A DNA stretch of 27,747 nt from a virus (taxonomy: Duplodnaviria > Heunggongvirae > Uroviricota > Caudoviricetes): the IMG/VR virus record IMGVR_UViG_2675903278_000003. One strand, written 5' to 3'. The translations under genes were made by a program, and so were the position numbers. Below, in pieces: positions 16,962-25,666 of the stretch (the first letter of the stretch is position 1; every line of letters begins with the position of its first letter). A model generated the notes under the pieces. That model ran no database searches. It saw only the letters and a list, made by a program, of their open reading frames with translations, and had not been told where the DNA came from.

Positions 16962-17051
16962 TCAATCAGAAAGGCGATCCATAAGAACAACAGCAAGACA
17001 ATAAATTGCCATTACAGCCGCAATAGCTAGCGCACATTTGAGAACCAGCAC
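16962..17051 (-). CDS. Candidate small hydrophobic peptide (29 aa, GTG start) VLVLKCALAIAAVMAIYCLAVVLMDRLSD
   Basis: SD 'AGGAGG' 5 nt upstream of GTG at 17049-17051; single predicted TM helix with charged C-terminus; different frame from the 74-aa track ORF 16966-17190. Confidence 0.3.
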   Translation of the reverse strand: MLVLKCALAIAAVMAIYCLAVVLMDRLSD

Positions 17052-17470
17052 GACAACCTCCTGTATTGGACGTACACCAGTTCTGATAAATATGAGGCTG
17101 TCTCATCATTGATTCAATATAACTATTGGGTATAGTTTCTGTGATTTTGTTCTGTAGAAATGGAACACAACAACCAGTCACCACCAGCACTTCTTTAAAT
17201 ACGCCAAGTCCGACGCAAGCTAACCTTCTAGTCCGCTTTGAGCGAGGAGCGGACCAAACCCGGCCAACTGACTCTTAAAGGGGCCGCAGGAATTTTTCGT
17301 CTGAACTTTCGAAGCTCCTCTCCCTGAAGACAGAAAACTTCTGTGTGCTGTGGGAATATTGAATCTTTGCCTTAGATATAAATAATTTTATCCCGCCTGA
17401 AGTTTACATTATTTTATTTATCTGTTTTTCTAAATCAGACTGCACTCCTTACTTAAATCAGGAGCCAGTC

Positions 17471-18670
17471 ATGCCATTTGTTATTTATGTGTTTACTATC
17501 AGTGCCTTTGCGCTCGGACTCGCGGAATTTGTCCCCATTGGGCTGACAGACGTTATGGCTCAGGGGTTGTGTGTGGGTGTGGAGCAGACCGGGGCAGCGG
17601 TTACAACCTATGCACTGGGGGCAACGTTCGCGGCACCCGTACTGTCTGCGCTGACAGCAAGCTGGAGCCGGAAAAATGTAATGCTTACAACTGCCGTTGT
17701 GTTTACTGCCGGTAGTCTGGCGGCCGCGTTTGCAGCCACATTACCTCAGCTCCTGTTAGCGCGGTTCATTGCTGGTCTGGGACACGGCCTGTTTCTGGCT
17801 GCGGCATCCAGTACCGCAGCTCGTCTTGCTGGACCGGGTAAAGCAGGCAGAGCGGTGGCTGTGGTATTTGGTGGCTTTACTCTGGCGATGGCAATCGGCG
17901 TACCGCTGAGTACATGGTTGGGGGGGGTGGTCTCATGGCGTCCAGTTCTCGGCGCTATTGCCGCTTTTGGCGCGTTCGGATTCCTTGGACTGTTGTTCGG
18001 TATGAAAGATCCCGTACGCAGCGTGCCCGGTGAACATAGTGACTCAGCAATGCAGAATATCGGCATGCTGTTTAACCGTAAGTTGCTGGCCGGCGCGCTG
18101 GTTACGGTGCTGGCGTATGCAGGCTCGTTTACGGATTACACCTTTATCGCACCTATTCTGACGCAGGTGACAGGGGTTACCGGAGCAACGGTGAGTCTGT
18201 TTATGCTGGTTTACGGTATTACAGCTGCGGTAGGTAATATTCTTGGTGGGAAACTTACCGACAGCATGGGGGTTAATCGTGCCAATATACTCATCATTAG
18301 CGGCATTGTTGTTGTCGTGCTTGGTATGTGGCTGCTGTCATCCTCACCGGTGAGCATGGGCATTCTGGTTGCGCTGCTGGGTATGGTGACATTTGCCGCA
18401 GTGCCGGCACTGCAGGCCCGTCTGATTGGTGTCGCTGAGCAACATGCTCCTCATGCGCATGGTGTTGCTGCCGGCCTGAATATTGCGGGCTTCAACTCAG
18501 GTATAGCGCTGGGATCAGTACTGGGCAGCATTACTATAAGCCACGCCGGTATCGTGTATACCGGTATCAGCGGTGCGATTGTTTCTCTGCTCGGCCTGCT
18601 GTTGCTGCTTGCACAAATCCGTCGCAGCCACAGTCGTAAATTTCAACAGGTTAAAATCGTAGGCCAGTAA
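17471..18670 (+). CDS. MFS-superfamily transporter (12-TM type)
   Basis: 399-aa hydrophobic, Gly/Ala-rich protein; SD 'CAGGAG' upstream of ATG; first gene of the cargo block. Confidence 0.8.
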   Translation: MPFVIYVFTISAFALGLAEFVPIGLTDVMAQGLCVGVEQTGAAVTTYALGATFAAPVLSALTASWSRKNVMLTTAVVFTAGSLAAAFAATLPQLLLARFIAGLGHGLFLAAASSTAARLAGPGKAGRAVAVVFGGFTLAMAIGVPLSTWLGGVVSWRPVLGAIAAFGAFGFLGLLFGMKDPVRSVPGEHSDSAMQNIGMLFNRKLLAGALVTVLAYAGSFTDYTFIAPILTQVTGVTGATVSLFMLVYGITAAVGNILGGKLTDSMGVNRANILIISGIVVVVLGMWLLSSSPVSMGILVALLGMVTFAAVPALQARLIGVAEQHAPHAHGVAAGLNIAGFNSGIALGSVLGSITISHAGIVYTGISGAIVSLLGLLLLLAQIRRSHSRKFQQVKIVGQ

Positions 18671-18681
18671 AGGGAGGTTAT

Positions 18682-19374
18682 ATGCTTACCCGTGAAAATA
18701 TGCTTAATGGCACATTTGTCAGGGTGCATGAAGCGCTGCTCCCGGCGAATATGCTCTGGGACGCTGAAAAAATACGCGCATCAATGAACTCTACTCTGGA
18801 GGAGCGCCCGACGGGTGCTCCTGTCTGGATATTTGCCTACGGGTCATTGATGTGGAATCCCGTGCTGGCGATTGAAGAAATGCAACGGGCCCGTCTGAAA
18901 GGATGGCAGCGCAGTTTCTGCATTCGTTTGATATCCGGACGAGCGACTCCTGATGTCCCCGGCAGGATGTTATCGCTCGACGAAGGTGGAATTACCGAAG
19001 GTATTGCGTTCAGACTGCCGGAATCGACTCTTATTAATGAGCTGGAAATTGTCTGGACGCGCGAGATGATAACCGGTCTTTACCGTCCGGTCTGGGCAGA
19101 CGTTTCGCTAGGAAACGGTGAGGAAATTCAGGCGCTGGCTTTCGTATCAGACAGACTGCATCCGCATTATGAACAGGACAATCTTACAGCGACCGTAGCG
19201 TTGAGCATCGCATCTGCCCGTGGAGACATTGGCACGAATGCAGATTATGTATGGAAACTGCAGGCCACTCTGGGTGCGTTGGGAATACGGGATGATTACG
19301 TGAGTGAACTGGCCCTTGCTCTGCATGAGGCTCCCTGTAACGATAAACTTCATCAGCGAGGCGCTTCACTATGA
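18682..19374 (+). CDS. ChaC-like gamma-glutamylcyclotransferase family protein
   Basis: 230 aa with 'VWIFAYGSLMWNP' (YGSL motif characteristic of the ChaC/GGCT family); SD 'AGGGAGG' upstream; 11 nt after the MFS stop. Confidence 0.75.
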   Translation: MLTRENMLNGTFVRVHEALLPANMLWDAEKIRASMNSTLEERPTGAPVWIFAYGSLMWNPVLAIEEMQRARLKGWQRSFCIRLISGRATPDVPGRMLSLDEGGITEGIAFRLPESTLINELEIVWTREMITGLYRPVWADVSLGNGEEIQALAFVSDRLHPHYEQDNLTATVALSIASARGDIGTNADYVWKLQATLGALGIRDDYVSELALALHEAPCNDKLHQRGASL

Positions 19375-20252
19375 GCCATCTGAGCCATCTGCGAACGTTT
19401 CTTGAGGCCTATCGCTCTGGCTCCTTTTCAAAGGCGGCAGAACTACTGGGCATCACTCAGCCCGCGGCGTCACAGCATATCCAGTCTCTTGAGACTCTGG
19501 TTGGTAAGCGTCTGTTTATCAGGCAGGCCAGAGGCGTGACGGCAACCGAAGCTGCGGATGAGCTTGCCCGCTCAGTTTCACCCTTCATTGATGGTCTGGA
19601 AGAAAAGCTGTCCTCTTTCCGGTCAGGCTCTGTACGCGGGGGAACAATTAATCTGGCAGGACCGCCAGATTTTATTCATTCCCGGCTTGGGACAGTAATG
19701 GCTCCACTAATGAAGGAGGGGTATCGCCTACGCTTTCATACCGGCAATAAGCAACGTATTTATTCCCTTTTGCATGACGGGAGCGCCGATCTCGCTGTTA
19801 CCGCATCTATGCCTGATGACCGTCTGTACGGCTATGCACATCTACTGACTGAACGCATGCTCCTTGTTCATGCTCCCGCCATGTCAGAGATCATCGGATC
19901 AGAACCTGGTGCTGAAACGCTTGCCTCATTACCGCTGATTGCTTATGACGAAGAGTTGCCACTGATTAGAGCGCTCTGGGCCTCCATGTTTCAGAGAGCC
20001 CCTGAGATGCAGGCTACATTCACCATTCCGGATTTACGTATTATCCGCGACTTGGTCTGTGACGGCCACGGGTGGACAGTGCTGCCGGATTATCACTGTG
20101 ACAATGACCTGAAAAGTGGTCGCCTGATTTCAGTGACACCTGCAGACCTCGCTCCGACTAATCATCTTTATCTGGTCTGGAACAAAAGGACGGCTAATAA
20201 CAGCCGAACCGCCTATGTTCGGGATTACATTCTTAAAACGTTTCCGCGTTGA
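19371..20252 (+). CDS. LysR-family transcriptional regulator
   Basis: N-terminal HTH 'LRTFLEAYRSGSFSKAAELLGITQPAASQHIQSLE' then a substrate-binding-like domain; ATG overlaps the ChaC-like stop (ATGA); the first codons contain a 9-bp tandem duplication 'agccatctgagccatctg' (SHLSHL). Confidence 0.8.
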   Translation: MSHLSHLRTFLEAYRSGSFSKAAELLGITQPAASQHIQSLETLVGKRLFIRQARGVTATEAADELARSVSPFIDGLEEKLSSFRSGSVRGGTINLAGPPDFIHSRLGTVMAPLMKEGYRLRFHTGNKQRIYSLLHDGSADLAVTASMPDDRLYGYAHLLTERMLLVHAPAMSEIIGSEPGAETLASLPLIAYDEELPLIRALWASMFQRAPEMQATFTIPDLRIIRDLVCDGHGWTVLPDYHCDNDLKSGRLISVTPADLAPTNHLYLVWNKRTANNSRTAYVRDYILKTFPR

Positions 20253-20296
20253 TGTTTGAAACGGATGATTGGCGATGCGTATCATAAGTTACGTAT

Positions 20297-20326
20297 GTCC
20301 GCTTCTGGCACAAAGCAGACGCCCAC
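20297..20326. repeat. 30-bp repeat copy 1 ('gtccgcttctggcacaaagcagacgcccac'), partner at 23970-23999
   Basis: 24 of 30 positions identical to the copy at 23970-23999 by eye, with an exact shared core 'ttggcacaaagc' / 'ctggcacaaagc'; lies in the convergent intergenic region between the LysR and DUF2254-like genes. Confidence 0.55.
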
Positions 20327-20382
20327 TCTCACGCGAATGCTTTGCCCTTGACTTGCCAACAACCGTATCGCTTGCTCCGCAA

Positions 20383-21675
20383 CTATGGTTTTTTATTAGA
20401 ATCTTCGCCACTAAATAAATTATAATAAATTGATTTTATTAGATATCTGTCAGAATCTATATGGTCAGCACGAGTAGCATGCTCTAATGTTTCAAATGCT
20501 AGGGTTTGTGCGGCTTCAGCAAAAATTCCAGGCCAACCCTTACTCAGCATCGACAGTCCTTTAAGTACCCTTATCTGAATTTCCCTCATACTGGCACCAT
20601 CGCGCGCAACAGGTGAGAAAAAGTCTTCAAGTAGATCGTTATTCTGAAGTGGTGCAACATGTACAGAAGGATATTTCACTTCTATTTCATCAGATTTATT
20701 CTGCGCGTAAGCGGAAAGTATACGTACACCTCTGCCAATGACATCAATGGCGGTTCCAGGATCGTTCACTGCGGGGGAAAGGGCTCGGCAGGCTATTTCG
20801 GCCATGACGCTAAGACAAAATCGGGGGTCCTGAGCAAATGAACGTACATCCGAGACAATAATCGTCTCAAGTAAATCGGTGCTGATTGATGACTCCTGGC
20901 CCTGACTCAGGTACAAAACTGGCGTGGACGGATGTATGAAACTGCCCGGCTGCGCCACGAGGTATACATGACGGGGATCATTGGTCAGCAGCTTGCTGAG
21001 TTTCACCATATCAACATATTCAACATAGCCAATCTTTTTCGGATAAACTGCAACCGTTCCTTTCGGCTGTTCATTGTTCTCAAGCCATGGATATCCGCCG
21101 AGACAGGGATTTCTTGCTCTCGCAATAAATGTTTCGATGGCCGCCTGTTCTACTTTTGCCGTTGTCTCACCAACCCTCCCCAGAGAGGTCAAATGCTGTA
21201 TCCAGCGAAGCAATGTGATGAGGATTAAGGCAATGACAACCAGTGTTACAATGAATAAAATGACTCTCCCCCTTTCTCCATAAGCTCCCATATTGAGGGC
21301 AATAATCCCTACCAGACTGAAGAGAAAAGAACCGATGAAGGTGGCCAGTACATTTTGTGTGGTGACGTCTTCAACAACTAAACGAGTAGCTCTGGGAGTC
21401 ACATTAGTAGTGGCTGAACCGTAGGCTGTGACCATGATGCTCAGCGAAAATGTGGTCACTGCCAGCATACTCGATGCCAGTATGTTCAGAATGTTATCGA
21501 CTGCTTCCGCACCAACCTTCACGGAAACCGACTCAGGTATCATTGATTTAAAAAGAATTGATAAAAGGGCCGTTATTATTGCGACAATTGCGAATAACGT
21601 TGCCCTGAACCATAGTTTTTTAAATGTCTGCTTCAGCATCCATTTCCAGCGTGAAATCATTCTGCATTCCCTCAT
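20383..21675 (-). CDS. DUF2254-like membrane protein (N-terminal TM helices plus large soluble domain)
   Basis: 430-aa ORF with about four N-terminal hydrophobic helices; family name from memory; start may be at the internal Met (MISRWKW...). Confidence 0.6.
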   Translation of the reverse strand: MRECRMISRWKWMLKQTFKKLWFRATLFAIVAIITALLSILFKSMIPESVSVKVGAEAVDNILNILASSMLAVTTFSLSIMVTAYGSATTNVTPRATRLVVEDVTTQNVLATFIGSFLFSLVGIIALNMGAYGERGRVILFIVTLVVIALILITLLRWIQHLTSLGRVGETTAKVEQAAIETFIARARNPCLGGYPWLENNEQPKGTVAVYPKKIGYVEYVDMVKLSKLLTNDPRHVYLVAQPGSFIHPSTPVLYLSQGQESSISTDLLETIIVSDVRSFAQDPRFCLSVMAEIACRALSPAVNDPGTAIDVIGRGVRILSAYAQNKSDEIEVKYPSVHVAPLQNNDLLEDFFSPVARDGASMREIQIRVLKGLSMLSKGWPGIFAEAAQTLAFETLEHATRADHIDSDRYLIKSIYYNLFSGEDSNKKP

Positions 21676-21723
21676 ATTGCAGCCGGGATAAATAAATGCC
21701 GCCTCTGTGGCGGCATGTTGCTG

Positions 21724-23727
21724 TTAACGAACCAGATGCAGGAAGTGCAGGTGTTTTTCGTACTGGTCCAGTATGTCATTAATCAGCTGTTCCTGATTCC
21801 AGCCCATTACATCATAATTTTGGCCGCCCTCTTTGAGATAGACTTCAGCGCGATAATATCGATGTTGTTCACTCTGCTGCTCATCATTATCCAGCGCAGC
21901 GAGCGCGAAGGTCGGTGAGTTATACCCGCGAAGCCTCACTTCATATATATAATTCAGCTCGTTGCCCAAATCGACTTCAAGGCGAATACGATCCTCGGCG
22001 GCGTCACTGATGTGGCTTATCGTTCCCTGCTTGTTAAGTTCCTCCTGAACCAGCGTCATGGCGGGTTGGATAATGTCGTCCATAAAACGTTTCACAAGAG
22101 AGCGCTTCGGCAAATACGCGATATTGCGTAACCTTCTCTGCCAGGGAATTGGGTTACGTGCAGCCGTAGGAGCAATAGTCGCCATGCTAAGGCTTTCACG
22201 CTTGGTCAAATCCCGACGCAGGGCTTTTAACAGTCCGTATATGGATATTAATAAGATAACTGAGAAGGGCAATGCACTCGCTATCGTTACGGTTTGCAAC
22301 GCACTCAGCCCCCCTGCGATCAGCAGGGCAATAGCAACAACGCCCATGAGCGATGCCCAGAAAATTCGCTGCCAGACGGGCGTGTTTGCCACCCCACCTG
22401 ATGCCAGAGTATCCACAACCATTGCCCCCGAATCAGCAGACGTTACAAAGAAGACGATGACCATCGCCATTGCAATGAATGACAGCACGGAAGAGAACGG
22501 GAAATGCTCCAGGAAATTAAACAGGGCAAGCGCAACATCCTGCTGAACGGTATTGGCGAGGTCAGTGGCGCCCTGGTTCATGATGAGATAGATGGCGCTG
22601 TTTCCAAACACCGTCATCCACATGAGCGTAAAGCCGGCGGGAACAAACAACACGCCAGTCACGAACTCACGAATTGTCCTGCCGCGGGAAACGCGTGCAA
22701 TGAACATACCTACAAACGGCGACCATGAAAGCCACCATCCCCAGTATAATAATGTCCAGCCCCCCAGCCAGTTGCTCGACTTGGGTTCATACGCGTAAAG
22801 GTTGAACGTTTTACTCACCAGTTCCGACAGATAACCACCCGTATTTTCCACAAATGACTTCAGCAGAAGCACAGTGGGACCCAGGCACAAGACCAGCGCC
22901 AGGAGCAACACCGCCAGGCCCAGATTAAGCTCAGACAGGATGCGTATTCCCTTGTCCAGGCCGGACACCACCGAAATCGTCGCTAACCCCGTGATGACCA
23001 CGATCAAAATGACCTGTACCGTTTCATTGATGGGCACGCCGAAAAGATGGTTCAAACCGGCATTCACCTGCAATACACCGTAACCCAGCGATGTTGCAAC
23101 GCCAAAGACAGTGCCTATCACGGCGAAGATATCAACCGCGTGGCCTATAGGCCCGTAAATGCGATCGCCGATAATGGGATAGAGCGCAGAACGCAGCGTT
23201 AAAGGCAGACCGTGACGGTAACTGAAAAAGGCCAGAATCAGCGCCACGATGGCATAAATTGCCCATGCGTGCAGACCCCAGTGGAAGAACGTCAGGCGCA
23301 TGGCTTCCTTCGCTGCCGCAACGGTCTCTGGAGTGCCGACAGGTGGCGAAAGATAATGCATCACAGGTTCGGCAACGCCAAAGAACATCAGGCCGATCCC
23401 CATCCCTGCCGAAAAAAGCATCGCGAACCAGGAGTGGTAGCTGAAATCAGGCTGCGCATGGTCTGGGCCCAGCTTTATATCACCGTAACGTGAGAGTCCA
23501 AGGAACGTGACGCTCAGTAAAATCAGGGCCACAGCAAGTATGTAGAACCAGCTGGCATTCGTGAAGATTTGTTGCTGAAGTAGTTTAAAATTTTTGTCGG
23601 CGACATCCGGGAATACGGCGGCAAAGGCGACAAGAAGGAAAATTAGCAAAGCAGATGTAAAGAATACCGCTTTGTTAATCTGGCTTGTAGACTTCTTTGG
23701 GGTTGTATCATTTTCACTCATAATCAT
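21724..23727 (-). CDS. BCCT-family transporter (BetT/BetU-like choline or glycine-betaine transporter)
   Basis: 667 aa, multi-TM with Trp-rich segment 'GGWTLLYWGWWLSWSPFVGMFIARVSRGRTIREF' typical of BCCT transporters, long hydrophilic C-terminal tail. Confidence 0.85.
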   Translation of the reverse strand: MIMSENDTTPKKSTSQINKAVFFTSALLIFLLVAFAAVFPDVADKNFKLLQQQIFTNASWFYILAVALILLSVTFLGLSRYGDIKLGPDHAQPDFSYHSWFAMLFSAGMGIGLMFFGVAEPVMHYLSPPVGTPETVAAAKEAMRLTFFHWGLHAWAIYAIVALILAFFSYRHGLPLTLRSALYPIIGDRIYGPIGHAVDIFAVIGTVFGVATSLGYGVLQVNAGLNHLFGVPINETVQVILIVVITGLATISVVSGLDKGIRILSELNLGLAVLLLALVLCLGPTVLLLKSFVENTGGYLSELVSKTFNLYAYEPKSSNWLGGWTLLYWGWWLSWSPFVGMFIARVSRGRTIREFVTGVLFVPAGFTLMWMTVFGNSAIYLIMNQGATDLANTVQQDVALALFNFLEHFPFSSVLSFIAMAMVIVFFVTSADSGAMVVDTLASGGVANTPVWQRIFWASLMGVVAIALLIAGGLSALQTVTIASALPFSVILLISIYGLLKALRRDLTKRESLSMATIAPTAARNPIPWQRRLRNIAYLPKRSLVKRFMDDIIQPAMTLVQEELNKQGTISHISDAAEDRIRLEVDLGNELNYIYEVRLRGYNSPTFALAALDNDEQQSEQHRYYRAEVYLKEGGQNYDVMGWNQEQLINDILDQYEKHLHFLHLVR

Positions 23728-23969
23728 TTATTCCATTAATTAAATCCGCACTGGATAGAAGGTACTACCTCTCACAGAGTAGCAAAGTTCAACTGGCTAT
23801 GCGGGGTTAATCGGAATGCATGGTGGAATGAGTGCCGATACAAATCATCCTATATTCTAAGGAGTTTTAAGTTACTCAGCCTGCCAATTACTGGGGCATT
23901 TAATTTGTATGATCTGTATCAAAGCTGGGATATAAGTTAAGTGAAGTATATTAGGCACGAATTACCAGC

Positions 23970-23999
23970 GTCTGCTCTTGGCACAAAGCGGACAACCAC
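23970..23999. repeat. 30-bp repeat copy 2 ('gtctgctcttggcacaaagcggacaaccac')
   Basis: See copy 1 at 20297-20326; this copy lies in the promoter-side intergenic region upstream of the BCCT gene. Confidence 0.55.
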
Positions 24000-24061
24000 G
24001 CTAGCTCTACCCTGTGCCACAAAATGTCAATTTGCATCTGAACTAATGCACTTTAATCTCG

Positions 24062-24484
24062 TCACTTCAATAAATACCGAACATCCCCCTGATAAAACGA
24101 CAATATGCGCTGCATAACTTCGCTCTTCCGGCACTCGCGACAGATTATGTTTAGGCGACTGTCGTAGCGACGTATTTCTCCGTCAGGTAATGACCAGATA
24201 AGGTCCGGATCAACCACAACCGGTTTCTTCAGCTTTGCCCTCGATAATTTTTTGCGGGCATTTTGCCAGTCTTTACGAGCCTGTTCAGACGGGAATAACC
24301 CGTAGCCAGAATTGTATACATCGCCACTGGCAACCAGCTCTCTGGCCAGAACGCTCATCAGATATCTTGTTGCCCCAGTTTTAGCTTCCAGTTGTCGTAA
24401 CGTCTCGCGCCCACTCTGGCGTACGAGTTCAAGAACCTGCCCTTTAATTTTTTCCCGCTCTTCTTGTGTAAAAACTTTTGCCAC
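24062..24484 (-). CDS. Hypothetical phage protein (140 aa, GTG start), downstream of the O-like gene
   Basis: SD 'AGGAGGG' upstream of GTG at 24484; basic protein with CxxC near the C-terminus; no Walker A motif, so not a DnaC/P-type helicase loader. Confidence 0.55.
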   Translation of the reverse strand: MAKVFTQEEREKIKGQVLELVRQSGRETLRQLEAKTGATRYLMSVLARELVASGDVYNSGYGLFPSEQARKDWQNARKKLSRAKLKKPVVVDPDLIWSLPDGEIRRYDSRLNIICRECRKSEVMQRILSFYQGDVRYLLK

Positions 24485-24524
24485 AAGCCCTCCTGAAAAT
24501 TACCTCATGACCAGAAATTAACAC

Positions 24525-25595
24525 TTACCCCCTGAAGCCCGGCGGAATTTCGTTATCCGGTTCAGAAATATGATTCACACAACGCTGGTTGTTCGTGCCG
24601 CTTACCGGGAGCAACCAGGGGTTCTCAAAATTCCGGTCCGGTCCAAAAAACGTCGTCGCTCGCTGAACAAATTCCGTTCCCGTTTTCCCGGTAGCCGCCA
24701 AGTATCTTGCGTAACGCCTCACGCCATCCAGCATGGCCTCTGGTGGCACCCCCTCGCGTAATCTGGCCTTCCAGGCACTGAAAGCGGATTTCTTCGGGTT
24801 TGCCCCAGCACGCAACGGGTACTCCCGCCAGACCTGTTCGAACACATCCGGATAATCCACTCGTCCCACAGACTGCCCGGTGTTTTCCGGGACTACCCGA
24901 TCGGCTTCCCGCTGAATGGCGGAATCGGCTTCAGGCTGCTGCAGTTGGTGTGATTGCTCCGCCCTTGCGGTCATCACCTGCTGCACAGCGCCCGAATCGG
25001 CTTTCAGCGCATACGCTGAATCGGCTTCCGGTGTCGTGCCTGCTGGCTGACCAAGATTGACGGTCTGAACATCCCCTGCCTGGTTCGTGGCGTTTTTTAC
25101 GCCATGGACCATAGTGTTTTGATCTTCTTGATCTGTATCTTTATCTGTATCTTTATCTGTCGTGACTCGTCGTGACATGTGCGTGACATTTCGTGACGCG
25201 CCGTGACAATCGCCATTTTGTTCCCGCTTTCTTTCCCTCTCTCGCTGCGCCCTCTTGCGCTCTGCAGGAGATTTTGCGGTTTGCGAAATATTGCCGTTGT
25301 CCTCTTTAAGCACCTGGCGTTTTTCCCATCCAGTGATTAAATCACCATCAAGTACCCGCCCCTGCATCGTCTGCAAAATTGAATCAATTACCTCTTCTGT
25401 CACGTCGAGCGCACTTGCCAAATCTTCTGTCGTGACATCAATGTGACCTCGCGTGACATTTCGTGACGCGCTCACCAGGAGGTGGATATACACTGCCATC
25501 ACTGTTGCAATTGGCTGTCCTGACACCCTGGCAATTGTTCGCCACTTAGGGTCATTTGGCATGTCATGCCATAATCTGAGCCAGGCGTTAGCCAT
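24525..25595 (-). CDS. Replication initiator (lambda O-like / YdaU-like replisome organiser) containing internal iterons
   Basis: 356 aa from ATG at 25595 (MANAWLRLWHDMPNDPKW...); the coding sequence contains two clusters of GTGAC-type repeats, as lambda O carries its own ori iterons; low-complexity acidic middle (DKDTDKDTDQED); located downstream of Cro-like/YdaT-like genes. Confidence 0.6.
   Translation of the reverse strand: MANAWLRLWHDMPNDPKWRTIARVSGQPIATVMAVYIHLLVSASRNVTRGHIDVTTEDLASALDVTEEVIDSILQTMQGRVLDGDLITGWEKRQVLKEDNGNISQTAKSPAERKRAQRERERKREQNGDCHGASRNVTHMSRRVTTDKDTDKDTDQEDQNTMVHGVKNATNQAGDVQTVNLGQPAGTTPEADSAYALKADSGAVQQVMTARAEQSHQLQQPEADSAIQREADRVVPENTGQSVGRVDYPDVFEQVWREYPLRAGANPKKSAFSAWKARLREGVPPEAMLDGVRRYARYLAATGKTGTEFVQRATTFFGPDRNFENPWLLPVSGTNNQRCVNHISEPDNEIPPGFRG
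25161..25210. repeat. Iteron cluster A: five copies of a 10-bp-periodic 'cGTGACa' motif, adjacent to an AT/GATC-rich stretch (about 25115-25160) with tandem 'tatctttatctg'
   Basis: 'cgtgactcgt cgtgacatgt gcgtgacatt tcgtgacgcg ccgtgacaat' read directly from the sequence; the 20-mer 'gcgtgacatttcgtgacgcg' recurs exactly at 25451-25470. Confidence 0.7.
25427..25470. repeat. Iteron cluster B: four GTGAC-type repeats including an exact 20-bp copy of part of cluster A
   Basis: 'ctgtcgtgacatcaatgtgacctcgcgtgacatttcgtgacgcg'; also within the O-like coding region (encodes SRNVT-type peptide repeats). Confidence 0.65.
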
Positions 25596-25666
25596 ACTCA
25601 CCTCTTTTGATACCGAATCTTTTTACTCACAAATTGCCGGAAGTGATCCGGTATGAATATTGCGAG

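Noticed and set aside
16966-17190. 74-aa Cys-rich ORF upstream of hok (MLVVTGCCVPFLQ...CASYCGCNG...), superficially bacteriocin- or microcin-like
   Set aside because: GTG start with no SD; the same DNA contains, in another frame, a 29-codon ORF with a strong AGGAGG SD, which I consider the more credible candidate
19371-19392. 9-bp tandem duplication 'agccatctg agccatctg' at the start of the LysR gene
   Set aside because: In-frame and only adds three residues (SHL repeated); probably a neutral slippage event rather than a regulatory element
20297-23999. Reading the TGGCAC-containing repeats as sigma-54 (-24/-12) promoters
   Set aside because: The GG element is present but there is no TTGC-type -12 element at the correct spacing in either copy
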